DNA of 64,000 nt from Lentisphaerota bacterium (lineage in GTDB: Bacteria > Verrucomicrobiota > Lentisphaeria > Victivallales > Victivallaceae). A model generated the notes under the pieces. That model was not told where the DNA came from. It did no database searches and worked only from the letters and a program-made list of their open reading frames with translations. The stretch spans positions 910 to 64,909 of the forward strand of contig JBAWXM010000001.1 of NCBI GenBank assembly GCA_037144075.1, read 5' to 3'. The position numbers were made by a program, and so were the translations under genes. Below, in pieces: positions 41,666 to 50,939 of the stretch (position 1 is the first letter of the stretch; every line of letters begins with the position of its first letter).

Positions 41666-44041
41666 CTACTTCACCCGCTCAATAATCCCAATCCCGCCCT
41701 GCGGCAGGCGCAGTTCGGTGTATGTCATCCCCTTGATCTCTCGCTGCGGGGCATTGAAGTCCTTCACTGGCAGGCCGTCTGGCGTATAGACGAAGACTCT
41801 CACCTTGCTCTTGTCGCCCCAGCCGAACAGCCCCGACTTCGCAGTCAGGATGCGCTCTTGGCCGATGAGATACCCCGCGTGCAATTCAATGGGGGTGAAT
41901 GGGAACAGGTGGGCCGCAGCGGTCGGGTGGGTCAACTGCACCTTGTCCAATACGTAGTAATGATACCACAGCCCCCCGTTCTGCAGATGGGAGCGGATGC
42001 TGGGGACGATGTCCAGTTCGCTGTGCACCTTGTCCGGCGAGCTTATCCCCAGCGGGGTGTACAGGTGGGCGTTACGCAGTTTGATCGGGTTCCACGCCTC
42101 GATGAAGCGCGGGAAGTGCAGCTTCGTCATCGTCTCGGTGACCGGCTGGGTGTTGCCGATCAGTATCTTGCCCGCATCGAGTACCCGCTTGGCCTGCTGT
42201 ACCTGATAGGCCTGGCAGTACAGAGGCGTGAAGGCCACCTTCTCCTGGACGGTCTGGGTCTGCTTGTTGGGTATCGCCGTATGGCCGTCGCTGAGGCCGT
42301 AGGCAATGTCCTTCGCGCTGTACGTCAGTTCATCCCAGTAGACACCATCGAACCCGAGTTGGTCGAGCACTAGGTCGAAGGTCTTATTCATCTCCCTGCC
42401 ATACGCGTTGGTCGTGGTCGGCAGGAATAGCCAGAAGGTGGGTTTCCAGTTCCCGGCGGGGTAGCTCAGTTGCTTGCCGTCAGCTCCGAGATGGGCCGCG
42501 TCTTTGTAGGCCTTGACCGCGTCATCCAGCCGCGTGATGTAGACATGGAGGTACTGCAGCACCTTAGTTCCGGGGACTGCCGCACGTATGCGGTCGGCCT
42601 GGTCCTTCAGGCGCTGTTGCTCCCCGGTTTCCTTCAGAAAGGCGAGGCCGTGCGAGAGCACTCCCGGTTCGGGCCTCGGAATCTCCAGGGTGACGATCCG
42701 TGCGTCAGCAAGCCATGACTTCAGCTCCTTCTTTTTCGTCGGATGCGGGGCGAACGCGAAGGGGCCAGGGAGGGTGAAATTCGTGCCCCAGTTGCGGCGC
42801 ACGGCATTCACGAAGTCATAGTAGCCGCCATTCGGCACCGGATAGATCGACCAGCGCACCTCGTACGTCGCGCCGGGTTCCAGCATGAAGTATTCGTCCA
42901 GGAGCCCGCACTCGGCGGGCGTGGTGGTGGCCACCTGCGCCGACTGGGCGCGGAAGACATCATCCTCGGCGACCAACCCCAGCGCATCATCGCCCGAACG
43001 CACCAGCACTGTCGGGTTGTCGCCGCCGACATCATTTCCCTGCCCGATATGCGAGCGCAGGCCGTGGACGAAGACCTCGGGCTTGCTTAGTCCAGTGGTT
43101 GAGATCATGTGCTTGAAGCTGAGGTACAGGTCGGTCTTAGTGAGGTTCTTGATCGTGTCGCTTATGGCAATGTGATCAGACAATGAGGTGATGGTGCGCG
43201 TCACGTGATAGGACTTGCCGGAGGCAACCAGTTGCGGCACCCCGCGCAGGTTTACGAGAACAGGGTTCCATGCCCCTTCCTGCGTCGGCGTGGCCGAGCC
43301 GAGAGCATTCCACCCGGCGTTCGGATACGAAAACTTGCTGCTGACGGTGAGGGTAAGCTTGCCGACGCTGACTTGCATCCCGCCACCGGGGAGAAACTCC
43401 AGGTGGTAGGCGACCTTGCTGCGGTCAATCGGCGCGATCACTGGCAACGGGGCACTCGGGTCCTCGAAGACCACCGAGTTCACCTTTGGCGGGGCGTCCA
43501 CCAGGGCCACGTCCCTCAGCAGCAGGTCATTCGTTATGTCCCCCCGGCTATGCCGAATGCTAATCTCATTGCCTCCCGCCTTGAGCAGCCCGGCGAGGTT
43601 GAGCACGAAGTCATAGGCATGACCACCGACCAGACAGGCCGGCTTGTCGTCGCGGTTGCAGGCCTCGTAATCTGGGGAGTAGACCACCCGCCACCTATTG
43701 TTGCCGAACCAGTCCAGCTCGAGCCCGTCGAGCATCTCGGTTTCCGGGGGCTTGTTCAGGAGACATCGGGTCTCGACGGGCGTCCCGTTGACCTTGATCT
43801 GCATGGAGAAGGTTGAGCCAATGAGCGACTGCGAGTCAAGCCTCGCCAAAAACGACAGCGCAAGCTTGCGCTGCAGCATCTCAGGAGTCACGGTGACGGT
43901 GAAAGTCTGGGCTGTGTTGGGCGTCATGCGGGCGTCGCGGGTGATAGGGACGATGACGGCGGCATGGGCGGGAAGGGCGGGAAGAGCCGCTGCCAGGATG
44001 AGAAGCAAGGCACGGAGATACCGGTTCATATTGAACTCCAA
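41666..44041 (-). CDS. Secreted 791-aa protein of unknown function (possible glycoside-hydrolase-like barrel), strongly GC-rich relative to flanks
   Basis: The signal peptide is MNRYLRALLLILAAALPALPAHAAV. The LDQLGFDGVYWDELTYS block is reminiscent of GHL-type TIM barrels. The many long antisense ORFs are typical of high-GC coding DNA. Confidence 0.6.
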   Translation of the reverse strand: MEFNMNRYLRALLLILAAALPALPAHAAVIVPITRDARMTPNTAQTFTVTVTPEMLQRKLALSFLARLDSQSLIGSTFSMQIKVNGTPVETRCLLNKPPETEMLDGLELDWFGNNRWRVVYSPDYEACNRDDKPACLVGGHAYDFVLNLAGLLKAGGNEISIRHSRGDITNDLLLRDVALVDAPPKVNSVVFEDPSAPLPVIAPIDRSKVAYHLEFLPGGGMQVSVGKLTLTVSSKFSYPNAGWNALGSATPTQEGAWNPVLVNLRGVPQLVASGKSYHVTRTITSLSDHIAISDTIKNLTKTDLYLSFKHMISTTGLSKPEVFVHGLRSHIGQGNDVGGDNPTVLVRSGDDALGLVAEDDVFRAQSAQVATTTPAECGLLDEYFMLEPGATYEVRWSIYPVPNGGYYDFVNAVRRNWGTNFTLPGPFAFAPHPTKKKELKSWLADARIVTLEIPRPEPGVLSHGLAFLKETGEQQRLKDQADRIRAAVPGTKVLQYLHVYITRLDDAVKAYKDAAHLGADGKQLSYPAGNWKPTFWLFLPTTTNAYGREMNKTFDLVLDQLGFDGVYWDELTYSAKDIAYGLSDGHTAIPNKQTQTVQEKVAFTPLYCQAYQVQQAKRVLDAGKILIGNTQPVTETMTKLHFPRFIEAWNPIKLRNAHLYTPLGISSPDKVHSELDIVPSIRSHLQNGGLWYHYYVLDKVQLTHPTAAAHLFPFTPIELHAGYLIGQERILTAKSGLFGWGDKSKVRVFVYTPDGLPVKDFNAPQREIKGMTYTELRLPQGGIGIIERVK

Positions 44042-44192
44042 GTGATAGTGTAATAGTTTAGTTTCAAGAAAATCCTTTTTCTGAAAAATACCGTATTTTT
44101 TCAGACCTGTCTGATTTGTTCTTCAAGTGTACAAGTTTAGTGAGCCTTTTGCAAAATAAATTGCATTCCCCCTGTTGATAACTTCATTTTCA

Positions 44193-44215
44193 ATCATGAA
44201 ACTAATTTTCATGAT
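44193..44215. promoter_or_regulatory. Perfect 9-bp inverted repeat ATCATGAAA-N5-TTTCATGAT (operator candidate) upstream of 41666-44041
   Basis: Seen directly in the sequence. It lies about 150 nt upstream of the start codon at 44041 on the - strand. Confidence 0.35.
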
Positions 44216-44458
44216 CCGATTGCCATTTTTCTTGAGAAAACAGCAAAAATAGTTGCTTTCCTGGCGAGAACCTCCTTGCGGCATTTTACCGGGCTTGTTT
44301 TCGTCAAAGATTTAGTCCCGAAAAGGTGTTACCCCCGAAATGTCCATTCGTTAATTATGTGGTTGCATCCTGCATCAACTGATTGACTTCGGACGCCGCA
44401 GCTGGCAGTACAGATCACCCGCATATAGAATTTGTTAGCAGACGCATGTTTTTTCCCT

Positions 44459-45244
44459 TTAATCGCGGTCAAAATGATTATTGATGTCACCTCTGTAGGG
44501 TCCTCTAGTGAACGGGGCAAAGAGGTATGGATTGTTGGTAGTGGCATAGGCGGGGGGCGGACAGGTTCCGGGACTTTTCACCGCCGAAACGTTGCCGCCG
44601 ACCCAAAGAACATTGACCGCACCTTGATGTCGAGCGTCAATATTAGCGTAGGAGTCTCCATCCGGTGCGTTATAATAGGCGAGCAACGCGTAGTACCCAT
44701 AGCGTTGGCCATCAATCCCCAAATAGCTGCTGTGCATCTTTGATGAGTCTAGTGTCAGAATAGTTGCCGATGGTTTTTTAATCTGAGTAATCTTGGCCGG
44801 AATCTTAGTATTGCCGGAGTAATATGCGGAGCTCCCGAGCCATAAATAATTATAGCCGTAATCCGGATTATCCGCTACGGAGCCTGACCAATTACCACTT
44901 TTAAAATACCTGGCGTAACCATTGGAAGTACCCGGACATAGCATGATGGAACCATTCACTAAATATTTCATGCTTAACGGATTGTTGCCATCCTTTCCCG
45001 CAAATACTTTTACCCAATTGGTAGTAGCGCCAGTAGGGCCCTGCAAATGAGGTGGAAAATAGTCATTAAAATCCCCCTGATACTGAGCAAACACATTTCC
45101 GAGTTGCTTTTGATTGTTGATGCACTGAATGGCGCGCGCTTTCCCTCGGGCTTTGTTGAGAGCAGGCAGCAGCATTGATGCCAGGATTGCGATGATGGCG
45201 ATGACAACCAGCAATTCTATAAGTGTGAATACATGCCTTTTCAT
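44459..45244 (-). CDS. Prepilin-type N-terminal domain protein (pseudopilin-like)
   Basis: [49 protein letters not shown] from the ATG at 45244. The track ORF start at 45400 adds 52 implausible residues that run through non-coding repeats. Confidence 0.85.
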   Translation of the reverse strand: MKRHVFTLIELLVVIAIIAILASMLLPALNKARGKARAIQCINNQKQLGNVFAQYQGDFNDYFPPHLQGPTGATTNWVKVFAGKDGNNPLSMKYLVNGSIMLCPGTSNGYARYFKSGNWSGSVADNPDYGYNYLWLGSSAYYSGNTKIPAKITQIKKPSATILTLDSSKMHSSYLGIDGQRYGYYALLAYYNAPDGDSYANIDARHQGAVNVLWVGGNVSAVKSPGTCPPPAYATTNNPYLFAPFTRGPYRGDINNHFDRD

Positions 45245-45434
45245 TTCTGAGTCTCTTGTATTTGGTTCGTAAAGATTTAGTCCCAAAAAGTTGTTACCCC
45301 AGAAAAAAGTTGACCTTTTTTTGAGCCGACTAGTTTGTTGTTCATGTTTCATCATCTTTTTTTGAACCCATTCAATTTTATTGTTAACATCTATTGACAA
45401 AAACTACTCATCATTCTGTTGTAATGACTATAAC

Positions 45435-45659
45435 TTAATTCCGTGAGAGATTTTTGTTAATTTTCTCACTTTTGTTTTTTGACTGTTTTTTTCAGTCGTT
45501 GACGGTTGATTTTTGATTAGATTTTACCAAATTTTCTGCCAGTCATGCATCCGGCATGATTTTATTCCGGCAAATGGTTATTTTTCGTCAAAAACCCAAA
45601 AATTTAGATACAATCATCCTGTGGTCTTATTTTTTGCCTCCTGTTTTTGGGTTGATTTT
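45435..45659 (+). repeat. Conserved ~225-nt element E, copy 2; overlaps the last ~15 codons of the regulator gene
   Basis: It matches the reverse complement of 35700-35922. It contains TCATGC-N5-GCATGA at 45543-45559. It has the same orientation relative to the downstream gene (44459-45244) as copy 1 has to the GH4 gene. Confidence 0.7.
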
Positions 45660-46744
45660 AGTTCTGTACTTTGTCTTCTGATTAATTTAAACGGGATCAG
45701 CCGCGGTTTCCCTTTGCTGATGACAGGGTCAAACCATTTATCCGGTTCCTGAAGCATTTCAACCGCCATTTTTGCTGATTTTGCGTAACCGAAATCGATG
45801 GTCGATAGTGGTGGATTCAGCAGCCGCGCGTCCGGATATCCGCTGAGCCCCATCACTGCGACATCTTTCGGAATGCGCAGTTTTAATTCTCTCAGCGCAT
45901 CATAAACATAGATAGCGTAGAAATCTGAAAAACACAGGATTGCAGTCGGTCTGGTTGCCTGATTTGAGCAAAACGCTTTAGTCGTCTCAATGACATCCGT
46001 CCGGTCAAAATTTACTGTACGAATCAATGATTCGTCAGGAGTAACATGGTATTTCTTTAATAATTGCAATGTCTCCTGCAGAGAGTAACCCCGAAAATTG
46101 GAGGTGGAATGGCCGATCAATCCAATACGCTTGTGTCCAAGTTCGGACAGATACGCGATTGCGGCTTCCCAGCCGTCTTTCTCAGTAAAAGAGATACAAG
46201 CGAGGCCTGTATTTTTCGCGTCATCCATCCTGCCGGGGGCAATCACTATTGGAACTCCGGCAGCTCTCATTTTTGCCAGAATTGGCTCATTGCCGATAAA
46301 ATAGCTCATCAAAGCAACGATGCCGATGATATGATTGGATTTGGCAAATTCCCGGATATCGGATTCGGAAAACATATTTATCGCGGCATTGGTCGTTATA
46401 AATACCTTTAACTGCTTTTCCGTGGCGTACCGACATATCTCCGGTACAATATAATGCCAAGTCTGTTCAAAGCCGCTATCCGTACCGTGAATTACCATGA
46501 TGGTGGCAGCGTCCGTAGTTGCGCCGTCCGGATATACAAACGTGCCTTTGCCGCGAATCCGCTTTATAAATCCCTCCTGCTCCAATTGGTAGAGCGAAGC
46601 CCGTAGCGTTATCCTGCCTACTCCGAGTTTCCTGGACAGTTCCGGCTCGGAAGGCAGTTTTCTTCCCGATTGTAACCTGCCGGAAGTGATATCCCGCTTG
46701 AGCATAAGATAAATTTTGTCTTTTTTAAATTCTAGCATTTCCAT
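45614..46744 (-). CDS. GntR-type HTH fused to LacI/PBP-like sugar-binding domain regulator
   Basis: RKLPSEPELSRKLGVGRITLRASLYQLEQEGFIKRIRGKGTFV is followed by a PBP-like domain. The C-terminal tail ELKSTQKQEAKNKTTG is encoded by element E. Confidence 0.8.
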   Translation of the reverse strand: MEMLEFKKDKIYLMLKRDITSGRLQSGRKLPSEPELSRKLGVGRITLRASLYQLEQEGFIKRIRGKGTFVYPDGATTDAATIMVIHGTDSGFEQTWHYIVPEICRYATEKQLKVFITTNAAINMFSESDIREFAKSNHIIGIVALMSYFIGNEPILAKMRAAGVPIVIAPGRMDDAKNTGLACISFTEKDGWEAAIAYLSELGHKRIGLIGHSTSNFRGYSLQETLQLLKKYHVTPDESLIRTVNFDRTDVIETTKAFCSNQATRPTAILCFSDFYAIYVYDALRELKLRIPKDVAVMGLSGYPDARLLNPPLSTIDFGYAKSAKMAVEMLQEPDKWFDPVISKGKPRLIPFKLIRRQSTELKSTQKQEAKNKTTG

Positions 46745-46789
46745 ACTTTAACTCCTGACCAAAGCTCTTCGCATGTTCTATCATGTTCT

Positions 46790-46818
46790 ATAATATATGA
46801 AAATAGCAAAAAAGTCAA
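46790..46818 (-). promoter_or_regulatory. Sigma70-like promoter of the 45614-46744 regulator (TTGACT-17-TATTAT on the - strand)
   Basis: The reverse complement reads TTGACT (46818-46813), a 17-nt spacer, then TATTAT (46795-46790). The same architecture and flanking sequence are seen at 50821-50849 and 53875-53902. Confidence 0.55.
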
Positions 46819-47071
46819 TAAGCGGTTATCACAAACCAGCAAAAAAGAATGAAAATAAATTTTAAAAGTGGAAAAATATCGATCAGCCGTTGTGCCGCAA
46901 ATAGCTCGTTAGCCAATCTTGCAATCCAGTTTATACAGAAACTGTTTCACCCGCATTTATACATCAAGAGAGTATGCTCGACGACGCATATTGTCCATTG
47001 GCGTAATTAAAACATTTTCAATCTGCATTGCATAAGTGGCGAACTTCAGTATCATTTAAAGTTTTGTGCTC

Positions 47072-48799
47072 TTACTTGCATATCAGATCAATGTCAACAA
47101 AATAAGGAGTGACTTGAATTGCATCAATCAGTAATTCATCAGGCGATATAATTCCAGCTTGATTGGCATCGCTCACGGTTAAAATACAATCACCGCCGGT
47201 ATAACGGAATACTATTTTTACACTGTTCCAATATTTTTCCGGTTTAGTGAAATCGGGGAATACACGTTCGGTCTTACTGATAATTTCACAGTTTGTTAGA
47301 TTTACATTAAGGCAATATTTGTTATAACCATTAATTCCTGGAACTGTAACGTTAGTCATCAATGAATACATCTTACCAGCTTCCAGATTTTTTAGCGGTT
47401 GGCTAATACTATTAACACTATTTTTATTTTTCATAAAGCTAAGCAACCGCAAGCGGTTGCCCGGGAAATAAAAACCTGTAAAATTCCACTCTTTGGGCCC
47501 CTTTATGCTGACACTTTTTTCACTAGCCATATTTACCGTCCAATTTTCTAATTTATTGCTCCAGTCGGGATTAGTCAAAATTTTTGGTTCAATCACAAAG
47601 CCATATTGCTGCGAAAGCATCGTGGTATTGCCTTCAATGGCATAATGACGCAGAAGCGCTGCATACCAGCGTAATATTTCCGGGTCAGTATAGTGCGCCC
47701 TCCAAAACGATAACCCCATCACCCCTTTGACTGCGGGATTATTAGCAAAAAGATGCATCTGCATATCTAAAAAAACTTTGAAATCCACATTGTAGTTCAA
47801 GTTGGCATACTCAAAAATGGCAGGACAAATCATGATATTCTTGAAAGCTTCGGAATTAATTTTCAAGAAGCCGGACAGCCGATCAGTAATGCGACCATTT
47901 AACTCATTAAGATAGTTATCATTTGAGTTGGCGTAGGCCTCCCAGACTAATACTCCATTACCGGCAATTATAGCATCCAGCAGGGGTTTATTATCGATAA
48001 TTCTGCTATTCCATGGTATCCCCAAAAAGGCGTAAAACCTGACTTTCTTGTTTTTGTCCACAAAAGTACGGATATCCGATATGGTTTGCGGTTCAAAACC
48101 CAGACCTGGCTGGGTATAGCCAAAATCAGCAGTATCCCCTTTGTGCCCGGACGGAGTTACAAATTCGTCAACTATAATGCCGTTTAGATTGGGACGCTTG
48201 TCACTCTCCGTCAACCATGTGGTTAAACGGCCATTTACATTCTTAATCAAGTCAGACATAGCGATAACTTTTTTGTCCTCTCGCTGCCATTGTGCAAGTT
48301 CAGGATTGACCGGAGTATTACATATAACCGCGTTAAAATTCCGCAATACTGTTTGGCGTAAATAATTCCAGTTGTATAAATACAATCCTTCTCGATAATT
48401 TTTCTTATCGGTAGTAAGTAAGTAAGGATCACTTGCGGGGGCGCTGAAATTACCATTCATAGAACAAAATAAAATTTCTGGTACGGTACGTACAACTAAT
48501 GGAGAGGCAAGATCATTTCCAGTAACTGTGTAACGTCCCATGGGCAGTTCGGCAAAACCTTCCCCTCTATCCATTGTCACCGTGTATTCTTTGGTACAGC
48601 TTAGCTTTAACGAAGCAACAGTTTGAGAAGTTTTAAAATAAACCCACCCATGACGCGGATTATCAAAGGTAACGACACTATCGTTATTACTAATTTTTAG
48701 ATCAAGTAACAATTGGCTAAAATTATTGTCCCCAAAAATTTTTACGCTGTTAAGCATCATTCCTAGAATCAATACAAGTAAAAACCAGTTCTTTCTCAT
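47072..48799 (-). CDS. Secreted protein of unknown function (about 575 aa)
   Basis: The signal-like start is MRKNWFLLVLILGMMLNSVKIFG, from the ATG at 48799; the track ORF begins 11 codons earlier at 48832. I recognise no family motif. It occupies the enzyme slot of a regulator/prepilin-like module. Confidence 0.6.
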   Translation of the reverse strand: MRKNWFLLVLILGMMLNSVKIFGDNNFSQLLLDLKISNNDSVVTFDNPRHGWVYFKTSQTVASLKLSCTKEYTVTMDRGEGFAELPMGRYTVTGNDLASPLVVRTVPEILFCSMNGNFSAPASDPYLLTTDKKNYREGLYLYNWNYLRQTVLRNFNAVICNTPVNPELAQWQREDKKVIAMSDLIKNVNGRLTTWLTESDKRPNLNGIIVDEFVTPSGHKGDTADFGYTQPGLGFEPQTISDIRTFVDKNKKVRFYAFLGIPWNSRIIDNKPLLDAIIAGNGVLVWEAYANSNDNYLNELNGRITDRLSGFLKINSEAFKNIMICPAIFEYANLNYNVDFKVFLDMQMHLFANNPAVKGVMGLSFWRAHYTDPEILRWYAALLRHYAIEGNTTMLSQQYGFVIEPKILTNPDWSNKLENWTVNMASEKSVSIKGPKEWNFTGFYFPGNRLRLLSFMKNKNSVNSISQPLKNLEAGKMYSLMTNVTVPGINGYNKYCLNVNLTNCEIISKTERVFPDFTKPEKYWNSVKIVFRYTGGDCILTVSDANQAGIISPDELLIDAIQVTPYFVDIDLICK

Positions 48800-48948
48800 T
48801 TGCCATTCTTTCTTTTGTTGCGTTACTCTCATTATTTTTTAAATTTATGCTTTCCCAATAAACTACCATAATACCGGGATATTTTTCCCTGACTTATGTT
48901 AATTTCATTTTACCATTAACTTCATAAAAAAAGATTTATCAAAATCTA

Positions 48949-49641
48949 TTACGGTAGTTGTCCAAGCTCTTTGACGCCTTTAATTGGATCCCAGAATAAA
49001 TAAACACTAGCGCTGCCATAAGGATAATTGGTTGCAGATTTTACTACTAGATCAAAAGACTCCGATTTAACATGTCCATCGCAGTAAACTGCGTTAATCA
49101 TTTTGCCATGCCGCGCTAGGTCAGTAAGCAAATAATCATAAGCCGCAGCACCAGTAAAATATGGGGGCGCTATAGATGAGTTAGGAGTCGCGCTAGTTAT
49201 CTTAAATCGACCTCCATCCATAATAAGCATGTGTTTCGCTGGTGTTTTAATTTTGGCAATAGCAAGCTCGGCTACAAAATGATTAATTGCATAACTCGTG
49301 TTGTGGCCGCTTAAGTTAGGATTTACATAAGCCGGGCATTGGTAGATCATTTTATTTTTAGCTAAATCATCGAGACCCAAAAGTGGCGAAGTAAGAGCGA
49401 CCCAGTTGGTAGTGTTCCACAAAGGGGAGCTATATCGGGTATCGTTGCAATACGGCATATATTTAGTGTTATCGGCATACATTTGACTAGCTAAACCTAT
49501 ATTTTTCAGGTTGCTAACGCATGCAATTGAACGAGCTTTTATCCGCGCATTGTTAAGCGCAGGCAGCAGCATCGCCGCAAGAATTGCTATAATAGCAATC
49601 ACTACCAAGAGTTCTATAAGTGTAAAATTATTGTTTTTCAT
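48949..49641 (-). CDS. Prepilin-type N-terminal domain protein with exact H-X9-DG motif
   Basis: [49 protein letters not shown] at the N-terminus. The C-terminal motif is [16 protein letters not shown] (H-X9-DG). Confidence 0.88.
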   Translation of the reverse strand: MKNNNFTLIELLVVIAIIAILAAMLLPALNNARIKARSIACVSNLKNIGLASQMYADNTKYMPYCNDTRYSSPLWNTTNWVALTSPLLGLDDLAKNKMIYQCPAYVNPNLSGHNTSYAINHFVAELAIAKIKTPAKHMLIMDGGRFKITSATPNSSIAPPYFTGAAAYDYLLTDLARHGKMINAVYCDGHVKSESFDLVVKSATNYPYGSASVYLFWDPIKGVKELGQLP

Positions 49642-49810
49642 AGTAAAAGCCTCCCAATTTAACGTGTTTTATTTTTTTATTTCGTAAGCGTCTAATTATA
49701 ACAAATTAGCTTCGCAAAGCTAACTTAGAAGAAAACAATTCTTTTAGAACTTAAGGTCTTCTATTTTTTGCCATTCATATTTATTTGTAATGGTACTCCA
49801 ATTTATTGCT

Positions 49811-50785
49811 CTATGCTTTAAACAAATTTTTCACGGAATCACGGATTATCAATCTGTTTGGCAACATTTTTATCTGAAACGAAAGTTCTTTATTGCTGGT
49901 CTTCTGGGTTACCTGCCGGATCAGCTCCAGCATCTCATCCGCGATGGCAAAAACATCCTGATCGATGGTGGTCTGAGGAGGTGAAAGCCAACGGGAAAGT
50001 TCATCTTTTTCATAGCCGATCACAGACAAATCTTCCGGTATTCTGACATTCAGCAGGTTCAGACAGTAGGCTGCCTCGGCGGTCAGGCTTTCCCCGCTGA
50101 TAATCAATGCTGTAGGGTGATCCTTCAGCAGAATTGCTATCAATTCAACTAGAGACTGCTTCTTGGGGTAGTATACGTATTCCTTTAACGGCTGAAGGCT
50201 ATGCTTTGTCATGGTTTCCACATACCCGCGCAGCCGTTCATGCCCAGCCCATATGTCAATCCTATCCAGTAAAAGCGTAATCCGCTTATGCCCGTTTTCG
50301 ATCAAATGTTCAGTTGCCAATTCGATCCCCTGTGCATGGTCGGAACGAACCAAGTGGCAGTATTGGCTTTTAAGATTGACTGCCAGCAGAGGTATCGGCA
50401 ATTTTCTGAACCTGGCTTCTTCCAGTTCAAGTTTTTTCTCGTCGATAATTAAAATCGCTGCTTTAGTATGTGGTCCCAGCAGCTCGACATCTTTAAGTTC
50501 AACCGTTCTGACTTGATAACCGAAACGCGTAAATTCCGTAATTATCGCTATTACTAGCATTAGATAAAATCCGTCAAGAGCCCTGAATTTGTTCATGCTG
50601 TCAACAACAATCGCGATATTCTCCTGCGCCGCAACCTGTTTCGGCATGTAATTCATTTCTCGTGCAAAATGAAGAATCTGCTCCTTCACGCTATTACTAA
50701 CACCAGCTCTACGATTAAAAACACGCGATACGGTAGCTTTGGACACCCCGCACTTTTCTGCAATCAAATTTATATTAGCTTTCAT
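49811..50785 (-). CDS. LacI-family transcriptional regulator
   Basis: The HTH is MKANINLIAEKCGVSKATVSRVFNRRAGVS, followed by a PBP-like domain. Confidence 0.88.
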   Translation of the reverse strand: MKANINLIAEKCGVSKATVSRVFNRRAGVSNSVKEQILHFAREMNYMPKQVAAQENIAIVVDSMNKFRALDGFYLMLVIAIITEFTRFGYQVRTVELKDVELLGPHTKAAILIIDEKKLELEEARFRKLPIPLLAVNLKSQYCHLVRSDHAQGIELATEHLIENGHKRITLLLDRIDIWAGHERLRGYVETMTKHSLQPLKEYVYYPKKQSLVELIAILLKDHPTALIISGESLTAEAAYCLNLLNVRIPEDLSVIGYEKDELSRWLSPPQTTIDQDVFAIADEMLELIRQVTQKTSNKELSFQIKMLPNRLIIRDSVKNLFKA

Positions 50786-50820
50786 AAATACAATACCTTT
50801 AACGAAACCTTTTCTATGTT

Positions 50821-50849
50821 ATTATAAACCATTCCATTAAAAAAGTCTA
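50821..50849 (-). promoter_or_regulatory. Sigma70-like promoter of the 49811-50785 LacI gene (TAGACT-17-TATAAT on the - strand)
   Basis: TATAAT is the reverse complement of 50821-50826 and TAGACT the reverse complement of 50844-50849, with a 17-nt spacer. Confidence 0.5.
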
Positions 50850-50939
50850 TAGGCTTTTTTAATAATCAGCAAAAAAAACTAAAAATAATTCAGCACCAGT
50901 TTAAAAATAATTGATGCATCGCTAAATTCTTCTTTGAAT

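Noticed and set aside
45245-45400. N-terminal 52-codon extension of the prepilin-like ORF given by the track (start 45400).
   Set aside because: The extension crosses the 30-nt direct repeat and other non-coding sequence. It places the class III-type signal far from the N-terminus, unlike the four paralogues, whose leaders are 5-20 residues. The ATG at 45244 gives [12 protein letters not shown].
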